DNA of 64,000 nucleotides from Malacoraja senta (lineage: Eukaryota): assembly GCA_038087875.1 (NCBI GenBank), contig JAXLNO010003487.1:1-64000 (forward strand). The letters are read 5' to 3'. Below are positions 12,590 to 27,830 of the stretch, in pieces. The notes below the pieces were generated by a model. It had not been told where the DNA came from. It worked only from the letters and a program-made list of their open reading frames with translations, and made no database searches. How positions within the stretch are numbered: position 1 is the first letter of the stretch; each line of letters opens with the position of its first letter. A program made the translations under genes and the position numbers.

Positions 12590-12905
12590 TAAGTAAAATA
12601 TCTGATAATCCACCTGGGTAACTTACAAGCCGATGGTATGAATATAAAGTTTTCACATTTCAGCTTATCCATACCACTGGTGTTCATTTGTTCTCCCACA
12701 ACCACCCATACACCAACTTTGCTCCATCTGCCCATCATCCCCTCCCCAGCTGATTCCACCTGGCCACTTACCAGCCTCTGCCCCATTCCTCCTTCAAACT
12801 GTTAGAATCTTCCCATCCTTCCTTCAATTCTAATGCAGTGCCTTGATTTGAAATGTTGGTATATGTCATTTGCCTCCACAGATGCTGTTTGACCAAGTAC
12901 TTCCA
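12590..12905 (+). mobile_element. Degenerate Penelope-like element 3' end
   Basis: YLIIHLGNLQADGMNIKFSHF (GIY-YIG C-terminus) followed by pyrimidine-rich UTR and CAGATGCTG...TGACC tail. Confidence 0.7.
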
Positions 12906-13080
12906 CTGGCCTTTCTTTAGTCTAAAATTCTTGTTGGAAATAACCACAAAGTCTTACTCTATCTATAATTGAAACCATTTAATTGGTACTTAGAGAGCTT
13001 TCTAAAATCATGAGGGCGATTGATCAGGATTTATTTTACCCAGGGTAGGGTAATTAAGAACCAGCAAAAACAGGTTTAAG

Positions 13081-13716
13081 CAGTGTTCAATGCTAATTTT
13101 TTAGGTGTCGGAGCTGTCAAACAGGGGCATTTCAGATTTTGCTGGAGAGGGGGGGGCAAGCTAGTCTCCCTAGAGGGTCAAACAAGATTATAGTCTATTA
13201 CTACATCCCAGTGTATAGCTAGTACATTAAAACATATAATACTTAATTTAATTATGACAAAATATTGCACGGTTGCACTCACTGATTATCATGAAATATA
13301 ATTATGAAGCAAGTAAAGAAAAATACGGTTATCATGTATTTTTACAGAGGTGCCGGCAAGACACCGACTCACCCTGACTATCCTGCAGCTCTGGGCCTTC
13401 ACACACACACACACACACTCTCACCCTCACACCCATTCACCTACACACACACCCACCCACTCACCCACCCACCAAAGTTCCAGGCTCAGTTCCAGGCCCA
13501 CAACCACAAACGATGCACACATCACATGGTCTGTCTCTGCTGCATCATAGTGTTCCCCTCCTCCTACAGGGAACCTCAGTAGTGATGGATCTTCCCCTTA
13601 CCCCTCTTTTAATCAGGTTACCCCGACCACACATCCGCTAGTTAAAATTCCACGCTGTTTATTTTTTCTTTAACAGAGGTGCCGGATCGGTGCTCAGGTG
13701 AGCTCCGGCAGCACTG
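13081..13716. mobile_element. Non-autonomous DNA transposon/MITE with CAGTG...CACTG ends
   Basis: Terminal CAGTG/CACTG; repeated AGAGGTGCCGG subterminal motif; interrupts a CR1 fragment. Confidence 0.55.
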
Positions 13717-14879
13717 CACCCCTGGGTTTAAGGTGAGGAGGAAGATTTAGTAGGAACCTGAGAGGCAACCTTTTCTACTAAGAGGTTACTGGGTGTATGG
13801 AATGAGCTGCCAGCGAAGGCAGAATAACAACATTGAAAAGACACTTGGACAGGTACATGGATAGAACATGTTGAGAGGAAAGTGGGCCAAACGCTGGCAA
13901 ATGTGACTAACCTAGATGTAGCATCTTGTTCAGCTTGGAGCATTAGGCTGAACTACCTGCTTCCATGCTATATGGCTCCATGACTCTTTGTTAGATGAAC
14001 ATAAACAGGGCAAATGGAGTTTAATGATGGAAAATATGTGCTCACACACTCTGGTAAGAGCAATTCAAAGAAGCTATTATCTAAATGGAGTGAGATAGCA
14101 AATGAGTGGAGTACAAGAGATTCAAGTGCTTAAAGTGCAAAACAAAAAGCCAGCAGGTAGATGCAGCACGCAACGCAGAAGGTGAGTAGCATATTGGCGT
14201 TCAAAGTAGGTTACTATTGTAATTATGGTACATGATGTTGCTAAGGACAAACCAGGAGCACTGTGCGCAGCTTGGTCCTCAAATTTAAGAAAGGATATAT
14301 TAATATTTGATATCAGCTAGAAGAGATTTCTGGAATAAGCAAGTGTTGCCTAACCATGAATGGCTGAAATCACTGGTTCTGTGTCCCTTGGAGATGACAA
14401 GAAACAGAGTTAACCTTATGAATGTATTAAAGAGGCATGATGTGGTGGTGAATTGATGGATAATGCGTGGATATATTCTAAAAGAACAGGGAATTGTGTC
14501 TTATGTGGAATAAGCACAGTAAAGGAGTTGAGGCCTCAGTTATATCAGCTGTTATCAACATAAATTGCTAGATAGCTCTAATTTGTACAAATGCAGGGCA
14601 GACTATTGAGAATTTCTGTCATGTTTGATAAACTTAATTTAACTTTTTCCATTTATTTCAGTTCCTGCATTTTAATCACATCCATGAAATCTTCTACTCA
14701 GCGATTGGTTAGCAGTGCACGTTCTGCTTTGGTTGAATATTTTGATAATCTGAGGAGGGAAATTAAATATTAGACAACAAAGAAATGGCATAGCAGAGAA
14801 CAGAACTCAGAAAGATGCAACTAGTTTATTCGCTTTAACTGTTGATTCATCCCACATAACATCTTCCTTCCAGATATAG

Positions 14880-15130
14880 AGGCACAGCGCCAGACACCTG
14901 GGTTTGATCCTGACCACGGGTGATGTCTGTATGGAATTTGTACCTTCTCCCTGTGACTGCATAGGTTTTCTCCAGGTGCTCCAGTTTCCTCCCACATTCC
15001 AAAGACAGATGTGCAGGTTTGTAGGTTAATTGACTTGTGTTCCTAGCTTATGTGGGTGATCATTGGTTGGTGCGGACTCAGTGGGGCCGAAGTGTCTGTT
15101 TCAATGCTCTCTCTCTAAACTAAACAAAAA
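14880..15130 (+). mobile_element. V-SINE
   Basis: tRNA head, V-domain, TAAAC tail. Confidence 0.8.
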
Positions 15131-15189
15131 ACTCAATACTCCTTCAAATAGTTTCGTTCACACAAGTTCTATGTTATCTAACTTTCGCT

Positions 15190-15395
15190 TCCACACTAGG
15201 GTCAAATTACAGAGACCAATTAACCCATAAACCTGGCATCTTTAGTATGTGTGTGAAAACTGGAGGACAGTGGAAACCCATGCGGTCATAGGGAATACAT
15301 GCAAACTTCACACAGCAGACAACCGAGGTTATGATTGAACTGACGTCTATGACGCACTGAGGCAGCAGCTCTATGAGCAGCGCCACTCTGCCTCA
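15190..15395 (-). mobile_element. V-SINE, degenerate
   Basis: Reverse-complement V-domain and head. Confidence 0.65.
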
Positions 15396-16129
15396 GGTTG
15401 CGTCATGTTCAGCACAAACGTTGTTGGACAAAGGACCTGTTCCTCTATTACAGGGGCATTCCCATTCATCGTAAAATTCAGCGAACTCAGCACCATTGGG
15501 TCACTGGAAATATTCCCTGCCTGACCATCAGATCCCTCCAGATGAGTCGGACAGACACCAGTTAGGCAGCATCTGCCTGCAAATGATTCATGTCCCTCAA
15601 ACCCCTGCATCTCCATGCACCCACGAAGGTGCACGCCAGACGCCACCATCCCTGGCAGTGCTTTCCAGGCACACACTGTCCTTCCTGTATATATTGTCCT
15701 TCGTACGATATTGTCTGTATTATTTATTATTTATTGTGGTGTATGTGGTGGATGTATTGTACTGAATTGTATTTGTCTGAGAGCGAACCAAGACACATTC
15801 CTATCAACTTGTTGACATGGCAATAAACTTCTTGAACTTGAACTTGAACACACCACATAGTATGTAATTAAAACTTGCCCTTTTAAAAAACTGCAGCTTC
15901 TACCCTGCACTGAATATAATGCAATAAGTTAAATGCCATAGTAGGCATTTAGTTAATTGGGATAATTTTAGTCAATTGGGAGGTGTGATTGCAAATCTTG
16001 TACAATATCATAAACCAAGTAAAATGTGACAAAGTCAAAATGGCCAGGCACAAAGAACAGAATAATCATGAACATCAATAACATGTCAATAACTAGACTC
16101 TCCTTGTGTAAGGCAGCATGCTGTAAGGT

Positions 16130-19100
16130 TGCAAACTCGTTTGCTCCCTTAACTTTTAACTTCCACTGACCACTCTTTCAATGTTACTGGTGACTATTTG
16201 ACTTCAAGACACCGTCTAACTGTTCATAAAGTGTTGATAACACTTTTACACGCCTTAATCGTGAAAAGGATGGAGACAAGAAGGAAAGGAGGATCCCCAA
16301 AGAAGGAACTGGGGAAAAGCCACAACCACAGCTGCAGCTTCTGATTCCAGCATCATAGAAGCAATATCGAAAATGAACGATGAATTGAAAAATGAGCTGA
16401 AAAATGAAATGAAAACAAGATTTGGCAGTTTGGAAGAAATGGTGAAAGGAGTTTCGACCAAATTAGAAACATAGAAACATAGAAAATAGGTGCAGGAGTA
16501 GGCTATTCGGCCCTTCGAGCCTGCACCGCCATTCAATATGATCATGGCTGATCATCCAACTCAGTATCCTGTACCTGCCTTCTCTCCATACCGCCTGATC
16601 CCTTTAGCCACAAGGGCCACATCTAACTCCCTCTTAAATATAGCCAATGAACTGGCCTCAACTACCTTCTGTGGCAGAGAGTTCCAGAGATTCACCACTC
16701 TCTGCGTGAAAAAAAAAATCTCATCTCGGTCCTAAAGGATTTCCCCTTAATCCTTAAACTGTGACCCCTTGTCCTGGACTTCCCCAACATTGGGAACAAT
16801 CTTCCTGCATCTAGCCTGTCCAACCCCTTAAGAATTTTGTACGTTTCTATAAGATCCCCCCTCAATCTTCTAAATTCTAGCGAGTACAAACCGAGTCTAT
16901 CCAGTCTTTCTTCATATGAAAGTCCTGACATCCCAGGAATCAGTCTGGTGAACCTTCTCTGTACTCCCTCTATGGCAAGAATGTATTTCCTCAGATTAGG
17001 AGACCAAAACTGTACGCAATACTCCAGGTGTGGTCTCACCAAGACCCGGTACAACTGCAGTAGAACCTCCCTGCTCCTATACTCAAATCCTTTTGCTATG
17101 AATGCTAACATACCATTCGCCTGCTTCACTGCCTGCTGCACCTGTATGCCTACTTTTAATGACTGGTGTACCATGACACCCAGGTCTCGTTGCATCTCCC
17201 CTTTTCCTAATCAGCCACCATTCTGATAATAGTCTACTTTCCTGTTTTTGCCGCCAAAGTGGACAACCTCACATTTATTCACATTATACTGCATCTGCCA
17301 TGCATTTTCCCACTCAACCAGCCTATCCAAGTCACCTTGCAGCCTCCGAGCATCCTCCTCACAGCTAACACTGCCCCCCAGCGATGTGTCATCCGCAAAC
17401 TTGGAGATGTTGCATTCAATTCCCTCGTCCAAATCATTAATATATATCGTAAATAGCTGGGGTCCCAGCACTGAGCCATAGCGGTACCCCACTAATCACT
17501 GCCTGCCATTGTGTAAAGGACCCGTTTACTCCTACGCTTTGCTTCCTGTATGCCAGCCAGTTCTCTATCCACATCAATACTGAACCCCCAATACCGTGTG
17601 CTTTAAGTTTGTATACTAATCTCTTATGTGGGACCTTGTCGAAAGCCTTCTGAAAGTCCAGATATAACACATCCACTCGTTCTCCCTTATCCACTCTACT
17701 AGTTACATCCTCGAAAAATTCTATAAGATTCGTCAGACATGATTTACCTTTCATAAATCCATGCTGACTTTGTCCAATGATTTCACCACTTTCCAAATGT
17801 GCTGCTATCCCATCTTTAATAACTGATTCTAGCAGTTTCCCCACTACCGACGTTAGACTAACTGGTCTGTAATTCCCCGTTTTCTCTCTCCCTCCCTATT
17901 TAAAAAGTGGGGTTACATTAGCTACCCTCCAATCCTCAGGAACTACTCCAGAATCTAAAGAGTTTTGAAAAATTATCACTAATGCATCCACTATTTCTAG
18001 GGCTACTTCCTTAAGTACTCTGGGATGCAGCCTATCTGGCCCTGGGGATTTATCGGCCTTTAATCCATTCAATTTACCTAACACCACTTCCCGGCTAACC
18101 TGGATTTCACTCAGTTCCTCCATCTCATTTGACCCCCAGTCCCCTGCTATTTCCGGCAGATTATTTATGTCTTCCTTATTGAAGACAGAACCAAAGTTGT
18201 TATTCAATTGGTCTGCCATGTCCTTGTTCCCCATGATCAATTCACCTGTTTCTGACTGCAAGGGACCTACATTTGTTTTAACTAATCTTTTTCTCTTCAC
18301 ATATCTATAAAAGCTTTTGCAGTCAGTTTTTATGTTCCCTGCCAGTTTTCTTTCATAATCTATTTTCGCTTTCCTAATTAAGCCCTTTGTCCTCCTCTGC
18401 CGGACTCTGAATTTCTCCCAGTCCTCTGGTAGGCTGCTTTTTCTGGCTAATTTGTACGCTTCATCTTTTGTTTTGATACTATCCCTGATTTCCCTTGTTA
18501 TCCACGGATGCACTACCTTCCCTGATTTATTTTTTTGCCAAACTGGGATGAACAATTGTTGTAGTTCATCCATGCAGTCTTTAAATGCCTTCCATTGCAT
18601 ATCTACCGTCAACCCATTAATAATCAATTGCCAGTCTATCTTGGCCAATTCACTTCTCATACCCTCAAAGTTACCTTTCTTTAAGTTCAGGACCTTTGTT
18701 TCTGAATTAACAATGTCACTCTCCATCCTAATGAAGAACTCAACCATATTATGGTCACTCTTGCCCAAGGGGCCACGCACAACAAGACTGCTAATTATCC
18801 CTTCCTCATTACTCAATACCCAATCTAGAATAGCCTGCTCTCTCGTTGGTTCCTCTACATGTTGGTTTAGAAAACTATCCCGCATACATTCCAAGAAATC
18901 CTCTTCCTCAGCACCCCTGCCAATTTGATTCACCCAATCTATATGTAGATTGAAGTCACCCATTATAACTGTTTTACCTTTGTTGCACGCATTTCTAATT
19001 TCCTGTTTGATGCCATCCCCAACTCCACTACTTTGAAGGAAGTCCAAGGAAAACTCTTTGTTACAAGATGAACTTCGTGAACAAAAGGATCAAATTGATA

Positions 19101-22100
19101 TCTTGCGCACCCTCGGACAGGAGAGAGATTTGAAGATTGAAAAATTGGAACGGAGAATGAATGAAAACACTTCAGCAATACAAGTCTAAAAATATGGACT
19201 TAGAAAACAGAAGCCGTCATTTGAATTTACGAATTGTTGGTTTGCCGGAAGGCCAAGAAGGAAATAACGTTATAAAATATGCTTCTAAAATGATAAAGGA
19301 AACATTCAACATTGAGCACAATGAAAACCTTCCATTCATGGATAAGGCACACAGGATTGGGAAGAAATCCGGTAATAAACCGAGACACTTGATCATTCGG
19401 TTTCATTTTTTTCAAATGAAGAAAAATATTCTCCAGGCAACAAAAAAGTTGGGTGTGGTTGAATATGAAGGATATAAGTTTCGGGTTGTACCTGATTATA
19501 GTTACGAGCTTTTGGAAATAAGAAAGACTTTTTATAATGTAATGTCTGATTTGTATAAGAAAAAACTGCGCCCAGCTCTATTATTTCCAGCTAGATTGCG
19601 TATTCGGCTTTTCAATGGTAACTTTCGATTTTTTAACAGTCCTCAAGACGCCTCCAGCTGCGTCTGAAGAGCTACGACGAGGAAGGGGAGTAATTGATAG
19701 CTGATTAAGTTATAATTAGAGATTTACTGTTCCTATTTTGACAACATTTCGTTTGGTAATGATTAAGAATTTAACTGGACGAGTTGTTTTTCTTTTATAT
19801 ATATTCTTTTAAGAATTTCTTTGTTAATTCGTGTTCCCCTGTCGTTAGACAAACTAAGAGAACGCAGTTCTTGTTTTTCATATTTTGACCTTGGATAATA
19901 AAAAGCAGCATTCCATGCCAGTCTGTATTTTTTTTCCTTCTCTCTCAAAGAGATAATAACAAATGTGTTATGACGTAGTGGTTAAATATTATTCATTTTA
20001 TGCTGAGCGCTGTTACTGGGAGAGATGGGATTGGGGAGGGGATTAGGTAGTTTGCTGACTGTCTTTTGGTCAGTTTGGGGTTCTACAGGGCTGGGAGGGG
20101 GGAGGGGGGAGGGGGCTTTTGTTCCCTATTTTGTGATCTCCATTTGTGCAAATTCTGAACTACAAAATTGGCTGAAATATCGTCACTTCTGGCTCCGCCC
20201 TAGATTTTTCTTCTTCCAGTATTATGAACTTTTAGGCTTCAAGAAATTAACCCATTACATCCCACATGATTTTTTACAAGCAATATGGATAAAGTTACTC
20301 ATTTCCTTTCATGGAATGTGAATGGCTTGAACCATCCCATTAAGAGGACATTTATTTTTAAAGTTCTTCACGGACTAATTGCTCAGATTATCTTTGTTCA
20401 GGAAACTCATGTAAGGCAAGATGACAAGTCACGAGTTTTCAAGTTTTGGAGAGGACAGCAGTTTCATTCAAATTCACAGGCTAAGGTGAAAGGAGTCTCT
20501 ATTTTTATTGACTCCTCAATTCCGTTTGTTCACCATGAAACAATTTCTGATCCATATGGCAGATTCTTGGTGATTACCAGTGTCCTTTATAGGCAAAATG
20601 TCATATGGTGAATGTCTATGCACCAAATATTGATCACCCTGAGTTTTTTAAACAGTTAATTGCATCCTTTCCTAATTTAAATGAACACTTTTTAATAATG
20701 GGTGGAGACTTCAATTGTTGTTTGAATCCCTCGATTGATAGGTTTACATCTGATCATGTGCTTCCAAATAAATCAGCTAATTTTATTAATTCTTTTTTAC
20801 TTGACTCGGGAATGTTAGAAATTTGGAGATTCTTACACGCAAATGACAAAGAATTTTCATTTTTCTCTCATGTATATCATAGTTATTCTAGAATCGACTA
20901 TTTTATACTAGATTCTCGGCTAGTTCCATCGGTCATTGCATGTGAGTATGATGCAATTGCTATTTCTGATCATGCACCAGTGAAACTATTGATCAAACTA
21001 CCTGATTCCAAGTTTAGTGCTAAACAATGGCGATTTAATGCTACTTTGCTTCAAGACTTAAACTTTATTAAGTTTATGAAAGATCAGATTGCTTTTTACT
21101 TCTTGACAAACTCTAATGAAGAGATATCCAATGGTATAGTTTGGGATGCTTTTAAGGCATATATTCGTGGACAAATTATTTCATACTCCGCGGGATTAAA
21201 AAAACAAACACAAAAAGAAATACGCACATTGGCTGACGAGATTAAAGAAATTGATACAAAATATTCAAAAGCTCCTAGTTTAGAGCTCTATAAGAATAGA
21301 GTTGAACTTCAATTGAGATATGATTTGTTATTAGTATCACCGATTGAGAACCAGTTACTTAAAACCAAAAGTCAATTTTATATAAATGGCGAAAAATCTG
21401 GTAAATTACTTGCTAATCAATTGAAGCAGTGTTGGCCAAGCGTCAGATTACTAAAGTGTGTAAACGGGATGGTACAGTAACTGTAGACCATGACGAAATT
21501 AATAAATCCTTTCAGGAATTTTATACCTCCCTATACCAATCAGATTTTCCTACTGATTCCAATATAATGCATGAGTTTTTAAAGAAACTGAACTTACCAA
21601 ATTTACCATACAATGAGTCTCTGTTGTTAGATGAACCCATCACGGAAGAAGAAATACAGAAAGCAATTTTTTCAATGAATTCTGGTAAAGCTCCCGGTTT
21701 AGATGGGTTTACAGTAGAATTTTTAAAGCATTTCTCAAATTTATTGTCTCCATGGCTATGCAAGGTATTTAAAGAAGCCTTTTTAAGGAATAGATTACCA
21801 CAATCTTTTTATGAAGCTTCTATTTCTTTAATTTAAAAAAAAGATAAAGCCCCTACTGAAGTGACATCATATAGACCTATATCACTGTTAAAAGTAGATT
21901 TTAAAATTCTTTCCAAAATATTAGCTATGAGATTGGAAAAGATTTTACTGCAAATTATCTCTGAAGATCAGACAGGTTTTATTAAAAATCGTTACTCATT
22001 CTTTAATGTTAGGAGATTAATAAATATTGTATATACAGCGTCTAATAAAACCCCAGAAAGTGTCATCTCACTTGATGCCGAGAAGGCTATTGATAGAGTA

Positions 22101-24512
22101 GAATGGAATACTTATTCAATATACTTGAAAAAGTTAAGATTGGTCCAAAATTTATCTCTTGGATCAAACTGCTATATCTTATACCTCAGGCTTCTGTATT
22201 TACTGATAATCAGAGATCCCCCTTTTTCAGGCTCTTTCAAGGTACGAGACAGGGCTGTCCCTTAAGTCCTTTACTATTTGATATTGCTTTGGAAACCTTA
22301 CCCACTGCTATTAGGGAATCCCCTAATATTTTTGGTATTGTCCGCGGGAATAAGACACATAAGCTATCTCTTTATGCAGATGATCTGTTATTATTTATTT
22401 CTAACCCTGAGAAATCTATTCCGGTAATAGTAGCATTACTTAATCAATTCAGTAGTTTTTCTGGTTATAAACTAAATCTTAGTAAGAGTGAGCTTTCCCA
22501 TTATATAATTTTGTTTCGAGTTATGGACAGTTTCCATTTAGATTGACTACCGAAAGTTTTACTTATTTAGGTATTAAGATCACCAAGAAACGCAAGGATT
22601 TATTTAAAGCTAATTTTATTCCTTTAATTGACCATATTAAACATCAGTTCACTAAATGGTCACCAATGTCCTTATCCTTAATTGGCCGAATCAATACTAT
22701 TAAAATGTTCATTTTACCTAAATTTCTGTATTTATTTCAGACGATACCAATTTTTATTGCCAAATCTTTCTTTGATATTATAGATCTAAAATTTCTTCAT
22801 ATATATGGCAGAATAAAAATGCCAGACTAGGTAAAAAATACCTACAGAAATCAAAAAAAGTTGGTGGTTTGGCATTGCCGAACCGTAGACTATACTATTG
22901 GTCAGTCAATGTTCGTTATTTAACATTTTGGACAAAAGATTTAGAAGATACCCAATGCCCTGGATGGATAAACCTAGAACGTGATTCCTTACAAGGGCTA
23001 TAATTGGCTTCTATTCTAGGGACCTCGTTACCTTTTACAATTACGAGATTGAATAAATATATGATGAACCCAATAATAAGACATACGTTCCGAATACGGT
23101 TTCAATTTCATAAGTTTTTTGGACTATCTGATGTTATCCAAATTTCTCTTCCAACCATCTAGTACTGATCAAGTTGTTTTGTTATGGAAGAGGAAGGGAT
23201 TAGTAGCTTTTCGTGATTTGTTTTTGGAGGGTTGTTTTATGTCTTTCGAACAACTCTCCAATAAATATAACTTACCTAATTCACACTTTTTTAGATATTT
23301 ACAAATTAGACAAAAGGAACTACCTCTTTTTCCGCTACCACATCAACCCGAAATTTTGGATTTTTTTTTACAGTTGAACCCTTATCAGAAAGGATTAATA
23401 ACGACTATTCATGAGTTGATTTTAAAATTACAAATAGATACATTTGATTAAATTAAGAATGACTGGGAAAGAGAACTCCAAATGTCTTTATCTATAGAGA
23501 AATGGGAGAGGATCCTTCAATTAGTTAATACCTCTTCAATGTGTGCAAGACACACTTTGATACAATTGAAGGTGGTTCACAGAGCTCATATGTCAAAAGA
23601 TAAGTTAGCTCGTTTTTATGGTCATATAAATCCTACCTGTGACAGATGTAACTCTGAAGTGGCATCACTGACCCATATGTTTTGGTCCTGCCCTCTTTTG
23701 GAAAAATATTGGAAATAAATTTTTGATACTATTTCGGTAGTCTTAGGTATAGATTTACAACCTCATCCTATTACTGCAATTTTTGGGTTACCAATGTTAG
23801 ATTCTATTCATTTGTCCCACTCCACCCATCGGTTGATTGCTTTTACCACATTAATTGCCAGAAGATTTATTTTCATTAAATGGAAAGATTCCAACCCTCC
23901 GACCACACTCCAGTGGTATTCTGAAACGATATCATGTTTAAATTTAGAAAAAATCAGGTGACATTGTTGAACCCTTGGTTAAATTTGATAAGACTTGGGG
24001 AAAATTTATTGAACACTTTCATACAACATAAATTGTTCCCTCTTTAACCGTTATAAAAATTATTTTACCTTCATAGAGTGGAACGGACTTGACGACAAAC
24101 AGACTTAAATTGTTGAATTTCTCAGTTCAGATTCGGGTTTGCTCTGTTTTGTTTTTATTTATTTATTTTATTTTTATTCTTATTTTATTATTATCCAATT
24201 TTTTAAATTTTTTTTTAGTTTAGGGGGGTTTTGTTTTTTGTTTTTCTTTTTGTCTTTTTATCTTTGCTTTTTTTTACATTTATGTTTCCTTTTAAAGATT
24301 TAACTATATTTACATAGAGATGGAGAGGTCTATATTCATTGGGTATTTTGACACTGGTCTCATATTAGTTTATACCTGTTATTAATGTAATCCTGATCCC
24401 TATGTATCAATACCATTGTTATGTTTATCATTATTCTTTTTGCTCTGTTTTTTATGTTTTATTTTTGTTTTTGTTTTTTGGAAAAAAAACAATAAAAAGA
24501 TTTTAAAAGAAA
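16130..24512 (+). mobile_element. Near full-length, decayed L1-clade LINE (ORF1 16270-19667 interrupted by CR1; ORF2 20285 to about 23960 with several frameshifts and stops); 5' boundary approximate
   Basis: ORF1 DLENRSRHLNLRIVGLPEG; EN SWNVNGL, QETH, YAPN, GDFN, SDHAP; RT YRPISLL, QGCPLSP, YADD; C-terminal CDRC/HMFWSC; A-rich tail. Confidence 0.9.
16460..19032 (-). mobile_element. 5'-truncated CR1 LINE (about 2.6 kb) inserted in L1 ORF1
   Basis: GDFNLH, KSPGPD, DFQKAFDKVPH, FADDT motifs; (TCTATGTT)n tail on minus strand. Confidence 0.92.
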
Positions 24513-25789
24513 GGTACTGAATAAAAAAGTTGGGATGTTCTGCTACAGTTGTACAAGATGTTGGTGAGGTCACATTTGGAGTATTGTGTTAAGTTTTGGT
24601 CACTCCACTATCGGAAGGATGTCATTAACAGGGCCTGTGATTCAGGGAGAGGATGAGAATGCTTGGACTTTAGTCCTTGGCACGCAAGAGGCTGAGGGGT
24701 GATCTTATAGAAATTTATAAAATCAAGGAGCATAGTTAGATTGAATGCACAGAATCTTTTAACCAGCCTTATGTAATCAAGAACCAGAGGACTTAGGTTT
24801 AAGGTGAGAAGGAAACGAGTTACTTGGAACCAGAGGAAATGGAAATATGGAAGAACATTCCAGGGGAAGGAGTTGAGGCAGGTATTAAAAAACATTTTAG
24901 AACACACTTGGACAGGTACATACTGTAGATTGGAAAGGTTCAGTGAGATATGGGTCAATTGCAGGAAAGTAGTAGTTCAAACATGGCATCTTGGTTGACA
25001 TGGCCAAGTTGAGGCAATGGGCCCATTTCCATGCCGTATGACTCTATGGCTCCGTGGGCTTGAAAAGCCAATTCTTTTCCGTTTCACTGCTAAATGACAG
25101 TTAATCACCCTCACTAATAGTGACCACAATGGCAGACCCATGACCATGACTGGTTTACAGTGATAATAAGCTAACCATTGCCTCAGTTCAAATATGCATG
25201 TCGTTGATGTTCAATGACTAAATTGTTGCTGCATTCTTAGTTTTGGCAAGGTGAGAAATGACTTGGTTCTGATCTGGGTGCTGGAGCTGTTAGGCATCTT
25301 GATACCATGAAAGCAGAACCTCCGTTTCAGGAAATATACTTGCTGAATGGTGTCTCAGACCAGCAATGCCAGGGAACATTGTATTTTGAAGAGGAAATAT
25401 TACACAACCAAGGCCAAGTGCTCGAGAAAGCAGCACGTCTGTTATTTCAATGAAAACTCTGCTCTTCATCCATCTTGACATTTTGATCACCCAGTTTAGT
25501 TTATAATATTGTATAACATTTGCAATCAATTCTCAGTTTATGACATTTACAGCTGGCGTGAAGATGCATCAGTCAATACCTTCTGTCTTCCAATATAGTT
25601 TATTTAATAGAAAGATAGAAACATAAAAAAATAGGTGCAGGAATAGGCTATTCGGCCCTTTGAGCCAGCACCGCCATTCAATACAATCATGGCTGATCAT
25701 CTAAAATTAGTACTCCGATCTGGCTTTTCCCCCATATCCCTTGATTCGTTTAGCCCTAAGAGCTAAATCTAACTCTCTCTTGAAAACAG

Positions 25790-27580
25790 TGATACAGTGT
25801 GTAAACAGGCCATTTGTGCCGCCAAATCCATACTAACCAGCAATCACCCATTCATAATAGATTTCCCATCCACCCCCTACACTGTCAGGGTGACTTACCG
25901 AGGATGATTACCTGCACACCTGTGCAAACTCCACGTAGACAGTGCCCGAGGTCCAGATTGAACCTGGGTCTCAGGCGTTGTGAGGCAGTTCTACCAGCTG
26001 CACTACCATGCTGCATTACATACAAACTCTAAATCCTACACTGACTTTCCCTTCCACTTGTTATATTCAACACAATAACTCCTTTACACAGGAGGAAAGT
26101 GAACTGCAATTCATCACCAGAATATATCTTACAACAGTGTGATCACAGGCAAGAAACCAGTGATATAGATGACTGAATTTACACTAAAACCCTGATCATC
26201 CAGCTCTCTTGGGATTTAGGAAATTGTAGATTTTAAGGACTGCTGCATGTTACTCCAAACATACTTTAATTCAACTCATTGGGGCACTTGTTGAGCACGT
26301 CAGTGGTCGAGGTGCATCTGTGCACTACTTTCAGACTTAAGCGGAGGAATACCCATTGTAATTTGCCTGAAGAGTCTCGAACCAGAATGTCACCTATATG
26401 TTGCCTGACCTGCTGAGTTACTCTAGCACCATCCCTCACAGTCTTTTCCAATCTTATAATTCAAAAATAGTCAGCATCTACATCATAAAGAGTCATGGAA
26501 ATAGATAAACATGGCCTTTGTCCCACTGACCTGCACCAACCATTCATGTACATTTGTCCTACATTCTCATCAGCTCTCCCCACATTGTATCATGCACAAT
26601 CCAGGGACAACTAACCTCCAAACCATGTTTTGGGGATGTGGGAGGAAACCAGAGCACCTGGGGAAACGCACATGGTCACAGGAACTACATGCAAACTCCA
26701 CAGATGTCGGTATTTAATTAAGGTCTCCGACTCAGTGCTGCCCTGTTTCACATTGTAGTCCACCTGTCATGTTGTTGCTCATTCATTCGACTTTCCACTT
26801 TGAACCATTTCTCCCACTACTCACAATCCCACTTAATTTTGAGTCATAGAAACATAGAGTCTTCCAGCAACAGCGGCCTTGGTGGCAGCTACTGTGTGCA
26901 GCAGTAGAGTTGCTGCCTTACAGCGCTTGCAGCACCGGAGACCCGGGTTCGATCCCGACTACTGATGCTGTCTGTACAGAGTTTGTACGTTCTCCCCATG
27001 ACCGCGTGTGTTTTTTCCGAGATCTAAGGTTTCCTCCCACACTCCAAAGACGTACAGGTATGTAGGTTAATTGGCATGGTGTGTGTGTGTGTGTAGGATA
27101 GTGTTAATGTGCGGGGATCACTGGTCAGCGCAGACTCGATGGGCCGAAGGGCCTGTTTCGTCACTGTATCTCTAAATTAAACTAAACAAAACTAGTAAAT
27201 GTTAAACTGCAACCAATCTGCCTCGTAACTGACTTGGATCATGAACAGTGCGAGCCCCCAACAGAGCAGCACAGTGTCACAACTGGTAGAGCTGCTGCCT
27301 CACTGCGACACAGACCCGGGTTCAATTTTGACCTTGAGTGCCATCTATGTGGAGTTTGCACGTTCTCCGTGTAACCGCAATGGATCCCTCCAGGGGCTCC
27401 GGTTTCCTCACACATCCTAAGATGTGTCAGTTTATAGTTTAATTGGCCACTGTAAATTGCCCCTAGTGGGTGGGTGACTGGATGAGAAGGTGCAATGAGA
27501 TAGAATTCATGAGAACAGGTGGTTGGTGGTTGGCATGGACACGGTGGGCCGAAAGGACTGCTTCCATGCTGTACTTTTTA
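25790..27580. mobile_element. Cluster of four V-SINE copies (about 25790-26000 -, 26500-26760 -, 26900-27190 +, 27265-27580 +)
   Basis: Repeated tRNA head and V-domain motifs. Confidence 0.75.
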
Positions 27581-27830
27581 ATGACTCAATGATATCTCTA
27601 GGATTTGGTGCAGTGAATCCATAATGTTTAACTTTTTTTTTTACACTGAATTCACAATTTTCAAATATCTGATCATCAGAAACATTTAACAACAGCACAA
27701 AGGCTAGTTGACAGTGGTGACTGTCGAGGCATTTGAAGTGTAGCTGCTGCCTTATCCTACTTGAGATCGATCATTTCTTCAAGCCCAATACCTTTACTAG
27801 CAACAGTTCATCACAATTTTTCCATCTTAC

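Noticed and set aside
25290-25442. Possible MHC cytoplasmic/terminal exon (DVLLSRALG...QDA*), phase 1
   Set aside because: Weak acceptor, no similarity to class I tails, no nearby poly(A) signal
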